DNA from: Candidatus Iainarchaeum sp.
GTDB lineage: Archaea > Iainarchaeota > Iainarchaeia > Iainarchaeales > JAAZKV01
Direction: 5' to 3'
DNA length: 64,000 nt
NCBI GenBank assembly: GCA_026397015.1
Contig: JAPLVR010000001.1
Coordinates: 1 to 64,000, forward strand
A model generated the notes under the pieces. It searched no databases, was not told the origin of the DNA, and worked only from the letters and a program-made list of their open reading frames with translations. The position numbers and the translations under genes were made by a program. Below, piece after piece: positions 51,403 to 60,948 of this stretch (its first letter is position 1; each line of letters opens with the position of its first letter).

Positions 51403-51663
51403 TTATTGAAATCCTTTTATTCTTTGGCGCACCGTTTTTTCTATTAATGGATTATCTTTCAGAATTTGTTGGCGTCTTGTTTTGAGAAAAATTTTTTGTT
51501 GCTTTTTTTCCTCGTCAGATAAAAACAATAAGGTGTCAAGTTTTCCTATTCTTTCTCTCAATATATCCTTTGGAATGCTGTAGGTCTCACCTAAGTATTG
51601 GTATATTTCTATTTTTCTTACCGTTACGGCTTCCATCAATTCAGCAAAATTTTCTAACTTCAT
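51403..51663 (-). CDS. Hypothetical protein
   Basis: GGAGTGA SD before ATG at 51663; coupled to upstream ORF. Confidence 0.55.
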   Translation of the reverse strand: MKLENFAELMEAVTVRKIEIYQYLGETYSIPKDILRERIGKLDTLLFLSDEEKKQQKIFLKTRRQQILKDNPLIEKTVRQRIKGFQ

Positions 51664-51664
51664 A

Positions 51665-52198
51665 TCACTCCACCATGAAATTAACAAATTTATCAAAATC
51701 ATCTTCTAACGTAGTTTCTATCGTAGAACTAAAAAAATCAGCAACCATTGGTTCCGGGATATTGCCTTTTTCGGCTATTAGTGATATCATCCCTGAATTA
51801 GAAGCAGACTGACATAACCCACTTGAAACCTCTTGGATAATTGGGGCTGCAAGCCGACCAGCTTGTGGCAACAGCGCATTTTTTAGGTCATCAATTAACC
51901 CTGCTTTATTGTTATTTTTGAAGTCTGAAATAGTTTTCTGGATTAGCCTTCCAGCTTTAACAAATTCATAAATGGTCAGTAGGAGTGGACCTCCAAGAGT
52001 TGCAGAAACTACTACAGCACCAACGACTCCGCGTATTAGATCTTCTCGAGAGGAATTTGTATAAATAACCCTCTTATTTCCTGTTGCCTTGGTTTTCCAT
52101 GAACCATCCCTTCGTCTATATCTATACATTCTATGCCCTCTAGTCATCTTCCTGTTGTCATATGCATAATATCTTTCGCAAAACTTGTTTTTAAACAC
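51665..52198 (-). CDS. Hypothetical protein (start uncertain)
   Basis: Basic N-terminus plus one hydrophobic segment. Confidence 0.55.
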   Translation of the reverse strand: MFKNKFCERYYAYDNRKMTRGHRMYRYRRRDGSWKTKATGNKRVIYTNSSREDLIRGVVGAVVVSATLGGPLLLTIYEFVKAGRLIQKTISDFKNNNKAGLIDDLKNALLPQAGRLAAPIIQEVSSGLCQSASNSGMISLIAEKGNIPEPMVADFFSSTIETTLEDDFDKFVNFMVE

Positions 52199-52313
52199 TC
52201 TTGGGGTAGCTTGCCGGTGTTTAAGCTCCTTTATTTCAAAGTGTAATTGTAGAGTTTACCCAAAGACAGATGGGTTAAAAAATCAAAGCTGAGCGATTAT
52301 TATTGGTGTTTGG

Positions 52314-53042
52314 TTGGTCGTTAAACACAGAAGTTTTTTAGTAGTACTTGGGATTTTTTCGGCTTTAACTTTGGGGTTAATTGTTACATCTCTTGCTTTT
52401 TTGCCAACTAGCTTGGGACCGGTAACTGTTGATAAAAATATTGCGATTGTAGGGTTTGTTTTAGACATTTGTGTAGCGCTTGGAACAGTTGGCGTTTTGA
52501 TTTGGGTTGTTTATGAAAAGGCAGAAAATGAAACTAAACTTCTTGTTGAATTCGAAGATATGCGTCCGTTTGTTACAAAAAACATAAAAGTTTTAGGAAC
52601 TGACATTATAAATGACTGGTATCGTTTAAGGATAAAAAATATTGGAGAAACAACCGCGAAAAATGTTTATTCCAGACTAATGTCAATCAAAAGATTGGAT
52701 TCGGGCCAGCCGATTGATTATGATCCTCACACCCTGCATTGGGTCGGGATGCGTCCAGTAACGTCTGGAGGAAAGCAGGTGTTAGTTAGAGAATATTTGC
52801 CAAGAAATTTTGCATCAAAGGATGAAGATTTTGTTGATTTATTCTATGTTGATTATCCTCAAAGATTGGTTGTCATTGCAGATGATAACATTCCAAGAGG
52901 CAATATTGGTGCAATAAGTGATTCTGGAAAATATCGTTTCAAGATAAATGTTTTTTGTGATAATGCCGAAATTGTTTCTATTGAAAAAACATTTACTTTT
53001 ACTTTTGGAGAAGTCCCGATTTCAGTAAAATTAGAAGCATAA
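52314..53042 (+). CDS. Membrane-anchored protein with beta-rich soluble domain
   Basis: Two N-terminal TMs; RLRIKNIGETTAKNV Ig-like strand pattern. Confidence 0.65.
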   Translation: MVVKHRSFLVVLGIFSALTLGLIVTSLAFLPTSLGPVTVDKNIAIVGFVLDICVALGTVGVLIWVVYEKAENETKLLVEFEDMRPFVTKNIKVLGTDIINDWYRLRIKNIGETTAKNVYSRLMSIKRLDSGQPIDYDPHTLHWVGMRPVTSGGKQVLVREYLPRNFASKDEDFVDLFYVDYPQRLVVIADDNIPRGNIGAISDSGKYRFKINVFCDNAEIVSIEKTFTFTFGEVPISVKLEA

Positions 53043-53168
53043 CGTATTTTTTGTTGAATAGACCTTCTGCTTTTGTCATTGTTTTCAAAAAGCAGTTGCG
53101 TGACCCGGGCGGGAGAGAGCATTTAGGAAATCAAATTATATAAAAATGTTCTTCGCCTTATTTTTTTC

Positions 53169-53714
53169 ATGCCGCCCTCCGCCGTCAAATCAATTCGAGA
53201 TTTAATCTTTTGGCAGTATGCGAAGCTCGTTTCGAAGTCCGCGGGTTTCGGAATCAACGCAAGAGCCTTTCAGATGAGCACTTTCAAAAAGCTCCAATCG
53301 GAAGAAATGCAGTGGTCGGGAACAATCAGGGAGTATGTTAAGGAGCACGAAAAGCCGAACGAGTGCATTTATTGCGGCGTGAAAACTAATCTGACTCTTG
53401 AGCATATTCTTCCGAAGTGCTGCGGCGGCCCGGATTCTACTGATAATTCGGTTTGGATTTGCAAGTCCTGCAATTCAAAGAAAGGCGGAAAGCGCCTTTA
53501 CGAATATTTCGGATTGGGAAACAAGGATAAAATACCGAGGATAGCGGAAGGAAAATACTTGAAACTGCTTTATTCTTTGCACGAGAAAAAAGGCACGCTG
53601 AATGAAACCGATTTGTCGAAATTTTGCGAGGTTTGCGATTTGGGCGCGAAATGCCCGAAAAAGGCGAAATTGACGGTTTATTGCCTGGAAGGAGCGTTTC
53701 AGAAACAAAATTAA
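53169..53714 (+). CDS. HNH endonuclease
   Basis: CIYCG..LTLEHILP..GG...DN....CKSCNSKK. Confidence 0.92.
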   Translation: MPPSAVKSIRDLIFWQYAKLVSKSAGFGINARAFQMSTFKKLQSEEMQWSGTIREYVKEHEKPNECIYCGVKTNLTLEHILPKCCGGPDSTDNSVWICKSCNSKKGGKRLYEYFGLGNKDKIPRIAEGKYLKLLYSLHEKKGTLNETDLSKFCEVCDLGAKCPKKAKLTVYCLEGAFQKQN

Positions 53715-53734
53715 TGCAATTTGTTGATAGATTG

Positions 53735-54463
53735 TTAATTTTTCTTCTTGAATCGCAGAACACCAACAATAATGTAGGTTTTCGGGCTTTTGTGGATATT
53801 TCCGACAAGGAAATATGTTTTCCACTCTTTGTCGGTTAAACGCAGGTTGTCGAAGACTTTTTTGCAGTGCTCTTTGCTGTCGGGGTTCTTTCTCATCCAT
53901 TCGTAACAGCCCCATTCGACGATTTGCTGTTTGTGCTGCGGGTTCTTGCACGAGCATTTTGCTGTGCATTCATAAACTACATATGGTTTGAATTTGAATT
54001 CGTTTTGGTTTATTATATAATAATCTGGATCGAAAAGTTTGGTCTGGATTGATGTTGCCGAGTTTTGTGTGACAAGCTCAAAGTCAATGATTTTTGGTTC
54101 AATTACCCCGAAACTTTTTCTCGCCTTAATAAGGTCTCCAAGGTTGTCTTTTGCGAGTGATTGTATTAATTTGCTTCTTTCTTCTTTTGGATATTCGCTT
54201 TTTTTTCTAATCCATTTTTCGATTCTCTGCCAGTCCTCTTTTGAGCGGTAAATTTTCCAGGTATTTTCTCTGTGGTCCTGAGTATTTAGCTCGACGGTAG
54301 CATCAAAGACATCCCACTGGCGAAGCAACTTTTTTGGAATCGGGTAAAGTCTTACGAGGCCGTGTTCTTTTGAGTAAGCGCAAACGCATCTTGATATTCG
54401 GCCGCCGCTCAAACTGTTTGGTGCGCCTTGGCCTAACATGACCAAGTCTTTGAGTTCAATCAA
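53735..54463 (-). CDS. DUF488-associated protein (dual OB-fold-like)
   Basis: TTG start overlaps the DUF488 stop; CVCAYS...LVRLYPIP, D.R.E motifs. Confidence 0.65.
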   Translation of the reverse strand: MIELKDLVMLGQGAPNSLSGGRISRCVCAYSKEHGLVRLYPIPKKLLRQWDVFDATVELNTQDHRENTWKIYRSKEDWQRIEKWIRKKSEYPKEERSKLIQSLAKDNLGDLIKARKSFGVIEPKIIDFELVTQNSATSIQTKLFDPDYYIINQNEFKFKPYVVYECTAKCSCKNPQHKQQIVEWGCYEWMRKNPDSKEHCKKVFDNLRLTDKEWKTYFLVGNIHKSPKTYIIVGVLRFKKKN

Positions 54464-55293
54464 ATGTGAACAACCTCGTGGTTCAAAAAATCGCTTAAGA
54501 CTCCGCGATGGCAAAAATCCTTGTCCGCTTCGAAGCACATGAGGGCAATTTTTTCCTTTTTACCGAGGGATTCCAGTTCGGTTATTTTTTCCTTTTTATC
54601 AGGCAAGGATGCTTCGTATTCTTTGAACAGTTCCTTGTAATCTTCTTCGGAATTCAGTTCCTTCCTTTTTTCGGATTCTATTCCGAGTTCGGGAAAATGA
54701 ATGTATCTTATATTGACGTCGGCTAAATGTTTCGATAAACTATTTTTTGAAAATCCTTTTTTCATGCTCATTGCATTTTTTCTTACGTCAACCAAAATTG
54801 AAATCTTGTTTTTGACCAATTCGTTAAGGAATCCGTCCAGTGTTTTTCCTTCGTATCCGATTGAGCAGACGCCTTTCTCAGGCCCACCTTTTTCCATTCT
54901 TGGCGAATCACTATTGATTGTAAATTCTACAAAATTTGCATAAACAAAATTTTTTATTGCATCAGTAGTTGGATGTTCTTCAACTATACGGCCGGCTTCT
55001 GAATTGATTTCATTGGCATTATCAATTTTGTTTATTAATTCTATTCCATTCTTGGTTAGTTCCAATCTATTTTCGTTAAGAAGCCCCTCACTTTCAAGAT
55101 AAGAAAGGTCGGCATAAATTTGATTAGAAAACGGCCCGTATTTGTACGGGAAAAAGTCGTAGCCGATTTTTTCAAACCCGAACTTTTGCCTCAGCAAAAA
55201 AATAGTTTTAACTAGGTATGTCTTTGACCTAATTTTCCTTTCACTCAGCTTTTTAATTATTTGAAGCAATAGTTTTTGCCTTCTGTAAAGCAT
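54460..55293 (-). CDS. wHTH/SocA-like N-domain fused to DUF488
   Basis: YDFFPYKYGPFS; SIGYEG, LVDVR, SMKKGFSK, LMCFE....CHR. Confidence 0.85.
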   Translation of the reverse strand: MLYRRQKLLLQIIKKLSERKIRSKTYLVKTIFLLRQKFGFEKIGYDFFPYKYGPFSNQIYADLSYLESEGLLNENRLELTKNGIELINKIDNANEINSEAGRIVEEHPTTDAIKNFVYANFVEFTINSDSPRMEKGGPEKGVCSIGYEGKTLDGFLNELVKNKISILVDVRKNAMSMKKGFSKNSLSKHLADVNIRYIHFPELGIESEKRKELNSEEDYKELFKEYEASLPDKKEKITELESLGKKEKIALMCFEADKDFCHRGVLSDFLNHEVVHI

Positions 55294-55592
55294 GCAATAA
55301 ATAGTGATTTATGGTATATAAATTATTCGTAACCTTTCTGCTGGTGACGAAATTTCAAAGCCTTGAATCCTCCCAAAATCGCGTTTTTAAAAAGCAGTCC
55401 CGAACCCTGTTCGGCTTGGAGCGTTCAGCCTTTTTTTCGAAAAAAAGCCGTGGCACCCTGCAGGGTGTCACGCTTCGTCCCCTAAGGGGACTTAGTGGCG
55501 AAAAAAATGCGCTAATAATACTAACAAAATAATTAAAACAAAAAAGCTAAGAAAAAAATAATACGCTCGTTAAATCTTTAAAACCACGAATC

Positions 55593-55886
55593 TTACCAAT
55601 TTTTTCTCACTGTTTTTGCAATTCTTTTTCCGGTTTTTGGGTCGTATTCTATAAGGACACTTTTTCTTAGGCCGCCTTCTAAAGAAGTATATTCCTTTTC
55701 ATAAGACTGCCTTACTCCCTCACGAGTCCATTTTTTGGTTTTACTCAGTCTCGCATACGGAGAAAATAGCGATGCTAATATTCGTTTGCCGCTCTTTTCG
55801 AAGCCGTGGACATATTGTTCTAATCCGCCTTTACCTTGCCTTGCCCCTCTCATTGCCCTGTCACTCAAAAACCTCTTTATCGGCAT
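55593..55886 (-). CDS. Basic orphan protein
   Basis: GGTGA SD; MPIKRFLSDRAMRGAR... Confidence 0.6.
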   Translation of the reverse strand: MPIKRFLSDRAMRGARQGKGGLEQYVHGFEKSGKRILASLFSPYARLSKTKKWTREGVRQSYEKEYTSLEGGLRKSVLIEYDPKTGKRIAKTVRKNW

Positions 55887-56048
55887 CCAATCACCATTAA
55901 TAAGACTCAACCCAAATATATAAAACTTTCCAAACCGCGTTTTTGCGGAAGAGCAGTCGGGTAACCTGGGAACATTTGAGCGTGTATTCTTCAAACCGGC
56001 ACCGCGCCCCCGATTAATTTAAAACCCTAAATTTGCTTATTTTTAGGC

Positions 56049-57221
56049 ATGGCAATCTATTCGCATTCGAAATTGGCTGCTTTTGAGGATTGCAGGTACA
56101 AGTACAAATTGTGCTACATTGACGGGATTAAGTTTGAGCGGGCCAAGGCGGCGCATTTGGTGCTTGGCGGCGTTGTTCACGGGGTTTTGGAAAAGCTTTA
56201 CTCCGATTTAAAGTACCAAAAAACCGATTCTTTGAAGGATTTGCTGGATTTTTTTGACGATTGCTGGGAGAAAGAGTGGACTGATGAAGTAATTAACCCG
56301 AAAGAAAGCGAAGGCATTACCGAAGAGCACTTTAAGTCCATGGGAAAAAAGTATATTGAGGAATATTACGGCCGCTACAAACCCTTTAACCAAATCAAAA
56401 TAATTGGTTTAGAAACACAGGACAAACTAAAACTAAAGAACGGGAGCTATTATCATATCAGAATCGACAAATTGGCCTGCGACGGGGACACATACTACGT
56501 TTGCGACTACAAAACCAACTTAGGCATGAAAGACCAGAGTGATGCCGACCAGGACCGGCAGCTGGCAATGTATTCTTTGTGGGTAAAGAAAACGTTCAGG
56601 GATGCTAAAAAGATAGTTTTGTTGTGGCACATGCTGGCTTTCGACAAGGAAGTGGCCTCGGAAAGAACTGCTGAACACCTCGAAAAACTTGAAGACGAAG
56701 TGGTAAAACTGATAGAAGAAATCGAGTCAACCAAGCAATTTCCGACAAACGTTACCGGAAGATGCGATTACTGCGAATACAAACAAATGTGCCCGAGTTT
56801 TAAGCATGAAGCGGAGCTGGAAACAAAAACGGTGAAAGAATTCAAAGCGGATGAAGGGGTAAAACTGGTGAACAAATACGCCAAACTAAAAGATACGGAA
56901 AGCCGGGTAAAGGAAGAAGCTGAGGAAACAAAATCGGACTTAATTGCATTCTCAATACAAAAAGAAGTAGACGTAATTTATGGCTCGAACAAAAAAGTGT
57001 CGGTAAAAGAATATGACAAAATCATGTGGTCCGAGGAAAACAAAGAAAAGCTGGCGGAGCTGCTCAAAAAAGGCGGCTTATACGAAGAATTCTCGATGAT
57101 AAGCTATCCAAAGCTCAATGCGCAAATAAACGAAGGAAACCTAGGAAAGCCCATAACAAAATTGGCGCAAAAAGAAAAAGACTACCGAGTAAATCTGTCA
57201 AATAAGAAAAAAGAAGAATGA
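56049..57221 (+). CDS. PD-(D/E)xK RecB/Cas4-like nuclease
   Basis: YSHSKL..C..KY, G..VH, RIDKL, DYKT, QLAMY, CDYCEY..C. Confidence 0.9.
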   Translation: MAIYSHSKLAAFEDCRYKYKLCYIDGIKFERAKAAHLVLGGVVHGVLEKLYSDLKYQKTDSLKDLLDFFDDCWEKEWTDEVINPKESEGITEEHFKSMGKKYIEEYYGRYKPFNQIKIIGLETQDKLKLKNGSYYHIRIDKLACDGDTYYVCDYKTNLGMKDQSDADQDRQLAMYSLWVKKTFRDAKKIVLLWHMLAFDKEVASERTAEHLEKLEDEVVKLIEEIESTKQFPTNVTGRCDYCEYKQMCPSFKHEAELETKTVKEFKADEGVKLVNKYAKLKDTESRVKEEAEETKSDLIAFSIQKEVDVIYGSNKKVSVKEYDKIMWSEENKEKLAELLKKGGLYEEFSMISYPKLNAQINEGNLGKPITKLAQKEKDYRVNLSNKKKEE

Positions 57222-57302
57222 GCTCATCGTGAATTTTATATACATAACCAGCCGGCTTCCGCAAAACTCTTATAAATGACTTTGTTGCAATAAAATAATA
57301 TC

Positions 57303-57350
57303 AAGTCCCCAGTATGCCCTTGCGCGTAAGTGCATGGAAATGCTGGGCTT
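57303..57350 (+). ncRNA. Structured RNA 5' of the NYN gene
   Basis: AAG..CCCAGTAT/ATGCTGGGCTT stem enclosing TGCGC-GTAA-GTGCA; TTATAAA ~33 nt upstream. Confidence 0.6.
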
Positions 57351-57374
57351 ATACTTATTTCTTTGGGAATTGCC

Positions 57375-58022
57375 ATGACTTCAAAAAGGGCGATGCTATT
57401 TATTGATGGAAATAATTTCTATCACAATCTTAGAGCGAGCAATATTTCGCCCAGCAGTATTGATTTTCTAAAATTGTCGGAAGTAGTTTGCAATAAATTT
57501 CACACTTCAAGAGTTAAAACGATTTATTACAATTCGTCACCAAGTATAGAATCCGGACAGCAGGCATACTATGACCAAATGAGATTTTTTGGAGAACTTC
57601 AGAATTTGCCAAAGTTTGAAGTAAAATTACGAAAGCTCCAGAAGCATAGCAACGCAGAAGTTATAAGAAAGGCCCATGAGAGGGTAGATGCATTGATATT
57701 ATGCTCAAAATGCAAGCCCATTGTCAGGGCCGAATTCGCGGAAACAATAAAACGAAGCAAATATAGAGAAAAAGGAGTGGATGTTTCAATTGCAATCGAT
57801 ATGGTTGCTTTGGCTTATTCAAATGACTATGATGTGTGCATATTGCTTTCAGGAGATGCTGATTTTATTCCTGCGTTGGAGCTTGTTCAACTTCTGGGAA
57901 AAGAGGTTAGAAGCACGTTTTTGAAGTTTGGGTATTCTACTCAATTAAGACAAAAATTTCACAGTAACTTCATGTACCTTGATAAACAATTATTGGAAGA
58001 GCATTGTTCAAAAGAAAGTTGA
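57375..58022 (+). CDS. NYN (LabA/DUF88, PIN-like) nuclease
   Basis: FIDGNN, EKGVDV.IAID, LLSGDADF.P. Confidence 0.93.
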   Translation: MTSKRAMLFIDGNNFYHNLRASNISPSSIDFLKLSEVVCNKFHTSRVKTIYYNSSPSIESGQQAYYDQMRFFGELQNLPKFEVKLRKLQKHSNAEVIRKAHERVDALILCSKCKPIVRAEFAETIKRSKYREKGVDVSIAIDMVALAYSNDYDVCILLSGDADFIPALELVQLLGKEVRSTFLKFGYSTQLRQKFHSNFMYLDKQLLEEHCSKES

Positions 58023-58025
58023 AAG

Positions 58026-58068
58026 TCAAACCTCTCTTTCCTTCTTGTATCTTTCCAAGAACTCCGGC
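58026..58068 (-). pseudogene. 3' remnant of a paralogue of the exonuclease at 59068-59619
   Basis: PEFLERYKKEREV* versus PEFLERYKKENKI*. Confidence 0.85.
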
Positions 58069-58165
58069 TCGGGAACAACGCAAAATCCTTCCAAATTCGC
58101 ATTTTCAAAAAGCAGTCGCGTGGCCTGGGCGGCGAGTCTGTGAACGCCGTTAAAAAAACTGTTTT

Positions 58166-58546
58166 TTATTGGCTGGAAATTTTTATGTCTATTCCTGTAT
58201 AGAGAGGAAACGCGTACACAATCTGCTTGAATTGTTTTAGTGTTACCAATCCAAGATTTTTGAGGTATGTAATATCCCTGCTTATTGCTTCCTGGTGCCT
58301 GTCAAGTTTCTTTGCCAAATCAGAAATTGATAAAGGGTGCTCTCCAGTCTGTGTTTCCATAAGGTATAACAGCAAGTCCATTTTCGACGGCGATAGCAGT
58401 TTGTCGAGTTGGGCGTATGATTTTAGGTAAAGCATATTTTCTGACTGCTTTATTCGCGACAAGGGTTTTTTTGAAAACAGTTCTTTGTAATCCGCCTCAA
58501 TATCCCCCCCTATTTTTATGTGCAATATTTTATTTTTAGAAACCAT
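58166..58546 (-). CDS. HVO_A0114-like HTH protein, putative antitoxin
   Basis: LLSPSKMDLL..SISDLAKKLDR...ISRD...L.NLGLV. Confidence 0.75.
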   Translation of the reverse strand: MVSKNKILHIKIGGDIEADYKELFSKKPLSRIKQSENMLYLKSYAQLDKLLSPSKMDLLLYLMETQTGEHPLSISDLAKKLDRHQEAISRDITYLKNLGLVTLKQFKQIVYAFPLYTGIDIKISSQ

Positions 58547-58637
58547 TCTCTCGCCCCCTTTGGCCAATACGACAATTTATGATATGTATGTTATATAACC
58601 TGTAAGTTAATAAGCATTCCTGTTAGGAAATCGAACC

Positions 58638-58973
58638 TCATATTTTCCACTTCCTTTTGTATTTTTGCAGGTATTCCTCCCATTTATTTTCTACATCCTT
58701 TTTGAATTCATTAAAGCTTTTTTGGGATATTCTATGGTCGGGCAGGATGTCTCCACAGTGGTTGATGTTTTCGTAATATTTGTGGGCATGGCAATGCCCG
58801 TGTGCCGTATCGTATTTGATTATTTGGCGCTGCTTTTCTTCAGAAACGTGGAGCTGTATTATGCAGAACTCTTTCAATGTTTTTGTTTTTTCTTCAAAAT
58901 CTATTCGCGTTAATATGAAATTCGCCAAATCCCCGTCAAGCGGTTCCTTTTTTTCAAATATTTTGATGCCCAT
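58638..58973 (-). CDS. DUF6516/TumE-like putative toxin
   Basis: IIKYDTAHGHCHAH motif; upstream of the HTH partner. Confidence 0.65.
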   Translation of the reverse strand: MGIKIFEKKEPLDGDLANFILTRIDFEEKTKTLKEFCIIQLHVSEEKQRQIIKYDTAHGHCHAHKYYENINHCGDILPDHRISQKSFNEFKKDVENKWEEYLQKYKRKWKI

Positions 58974-59067
58974 GCACAGCGCCTGAATGGATCTAGCTCA
59001 GAGACTATTTATAGTTTTCTGGAGTTGCATGCCAGTGATAGAATCTTGGCGAATAAAAACAGGGTTT

Positions 59068-59619
59068 TCAAATCTTATTTTCTTTTTTGTACCTTTCTAA
59101 AAACTCAGGCATCGTCTTGTACAGCCACGCATTCAAATGTATAAACGATTTCGTTTCGTCTTTAATGTAATCAATTATCTTCCCATACTCTTTTCGTTGG
59201 TACCAAATAGGAACATCCTTTCCGTTTGTTTTTTTGCCGGAGATTTTGTCCAGCCCCGAGCCTTTGAATTCGCCTTTGTTCATTATTATTCCGAAGGCGC
59301 GCAAATCGATGAAGGGCTTGTTCAGAATATCGACGGGGTTGAGGCTGTGCAGGGCGGTTCTTTCTTTCAAAAAGTTGTGTTCGAAGTTGAGGTTGTAGCC
59401 GGTGGGAATGAATGTGAAGGGATAATCCTCTTCAATTCCGGATTTCCGTATAAATTCGGTTAAAATTTCCCTTTCAGAGGATTCCCACTCTTTCAAAATA
59501 GTAAGTTCTCCGATTGCTTCGCCCGTGCCCCTGTTTAGTTCCTGGAACTGGATTGTAATAATCTTGGCCGTTTTCGAGTCTAACCCTGTTGTTTCTATGT
59601 CGAAGTAAAAATTGCCCAT
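59068..59619 (-). CDS. RNase H-like DEDD 3'-5' exonuclease
   Basis: YFDIETTGLD, GYNLNFE, IDL, YIKDE. Confidence 0.85.
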   Translation of the reverse strand: MGNFYFDIETTGLDSKTAKIITIQFQELNRGTGEAIGELTILKEWESSEREILTEFIRKSGIEEDYPFTFIPTGYNLNFEHNFLKERTALHSLNPVDILNKPFIDLRAFGIIMNKGEFKGSGLDKISGKKTNGKDVPIWYQRKEYGKIIDYIKDETKSFIHLNAWLYKTMPEFLERYKKENKI

Positions 59620-59718
59620 ATGAGGGAATAATTAAGCATTAGAAATAATAAATGGGGGTTTCTGGAAAAAATGGTCGGGCAAAAGAATTATTAAATTGCT
59701 TGGCATATTTTAATTTCT

Positions 59719-60135
59719 ATGGGCAGATCAATTTTTGGCAAAACTGACAAAATAAATGTTTTTGATAAGGGGCATATTTTATCGCAAGTTCAGATTTGGC
59801 TTTTTGGTTTCTATTTTTTGAACAGCATATCTGCATTTAATCTGGTGATTTTCGGGTATGCGAAGTCTTCAAGCCCGGTCTATCAATATCTTATGCCGGA
59901 ATTGGCTTTTTTTGAGCTCATAATTGGAATAATACTTGGCACCTTTTCCATAATAGGGTTCATTCTTGCTTTTAAACGGACAAAATGGCTGGCGCCCCAT
60001 CTAATTCTAATGGCTTTGCCGTTATTGCTGCAATTCATCTTGGAAATCAGTATGATGTGGGTGCTAATGCTGATTGAGTTTGTTATAGTAATAATTTTGT
60101 ACGCAAAAGCAAAAAAGCTCGGCGCGCTGAATTGA
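59719..60135 (+). CDS. Four-TM membrane protein
   Basis: Hydrophobic segments. Confidence 0.65.
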   Translation: MGRSIFGKTDKINVFDKGHILSQVQIWLFGFYFLNSISAFNLVIFGYAKSSSPVYQYLMPELAFFELIIGIILGTFSIIGFILAFKRTKWLAPHLILMALPLLLQFILEISMMWVLMLIEFVIVIILYAKAKKLGALN

Positions 60136-60230
60136 GCGTTAGAAATAAGAAACGAGGCTTTCTGAACTAAGTCAAAAACGGCTACATAACAAAATAGTTA
60201 ATTTAATATATTCCGGGGCGCAATAATTTA

Positions 60231-60299
60231 TCGTGGGTAAGACCAAGGGGTTAAGTGTACCTTGAGGTGCACGCAAAACAATGCCTCTTGGGTCCACGG
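60231..60299 (+). ncRNA. Structured RNA convergent with the DUF3800 gene
   Basis: CGTGG/CCACG, CCAAGGGG/CCTCTTGG, GTGTACC-TTGA-GGTGCAC; G-U pairs on + strand; TTTAATATA upstream, T5 downstream. Confidence 0.75.
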
Positions 60300-60306
60300 C
60301 TTTTTC

Positions 60307-60948
60307 TCAGTTTTTCCAAAGCCTTTTCAGGGTGCCTATTTTCGGTTCGATTATTTTGTAATACAAGTCATCATTGAAAGAGTATTTTCTGTGCGCCGCC
60401 CATGCGACAAAATCCACTATTTGAAGCGCCTTGTTTGCGTACGACGGCATGTGAGTTATTTTTACGTTTTCACATAAGTGAGTTTCTTTTATTTTTTTGT
60501 AAATATACTGGTCTAAATCTTCCCTGAGCAGTCTGTTGCTGTCTTTTTTGTCAATTACTATTTCAATTTTTAATTTTTGAAAATCCATTTCTTCTACCAG
60601 CACACCGAAAACATAATTATACAACTTGTTTTTGGCGCCGTACAATTGTTCCGTTACCTGCTTCTTGTCTATTATTATCAAATCGATTTTACATTCGCAC
60701 TTAACCAGCCGCTTCAAAACATCAATCCTAATTTCCTGATTTGAAGAATTCGCTTTCAATTCGGTTATTTCGCGCATTTTCCGCTTCAACCTCCTTTCCC
60801 TGACCTTTTTTACTATTCGCTCGATTGGTCTCGGGTCGCCGGTTGAAAGGCAAGCGATAACGAAATAATTACTGCCGTGCTTTCCCAAGTCGCCGCTTTC
60901 ATCGACAAAAATGTAAGTAGTTATTTTTTCAAAAACCATGTCAATCAA
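60307..60948 (-). CDS. DUF3800 family protein
   Basis: IFVDESGDLG, ELKA, S....LQIVDFVAWA. Confidence 0.9.
   Translation of the reverse strand: MIDMVFEKITTYIFVDESGDLGKHGSNYFVIACLSTGDPRPIERIVKKVRERRLKRKMREITELKANSSNQEIRIDVLKRLVKCECKIDLIIIDKKQVTEQLYGAKNKLYNYVFGVLVEEMDFQKLKIEIVIDKKDSNRLLREDLDQYIYKKIKETHLCENVKITHMPSYANKALQIVDFVAWAAHRKYSFNDDLYYKIIEPKIGTLKRLWKN

Noticed and set aside
56049-57221. Cas4 of a CRISPR-Cas locus
   Set aside because: No repeat-spacer array or other cas genes in the window; treated as a solo PD-(D/E)xK nuclease
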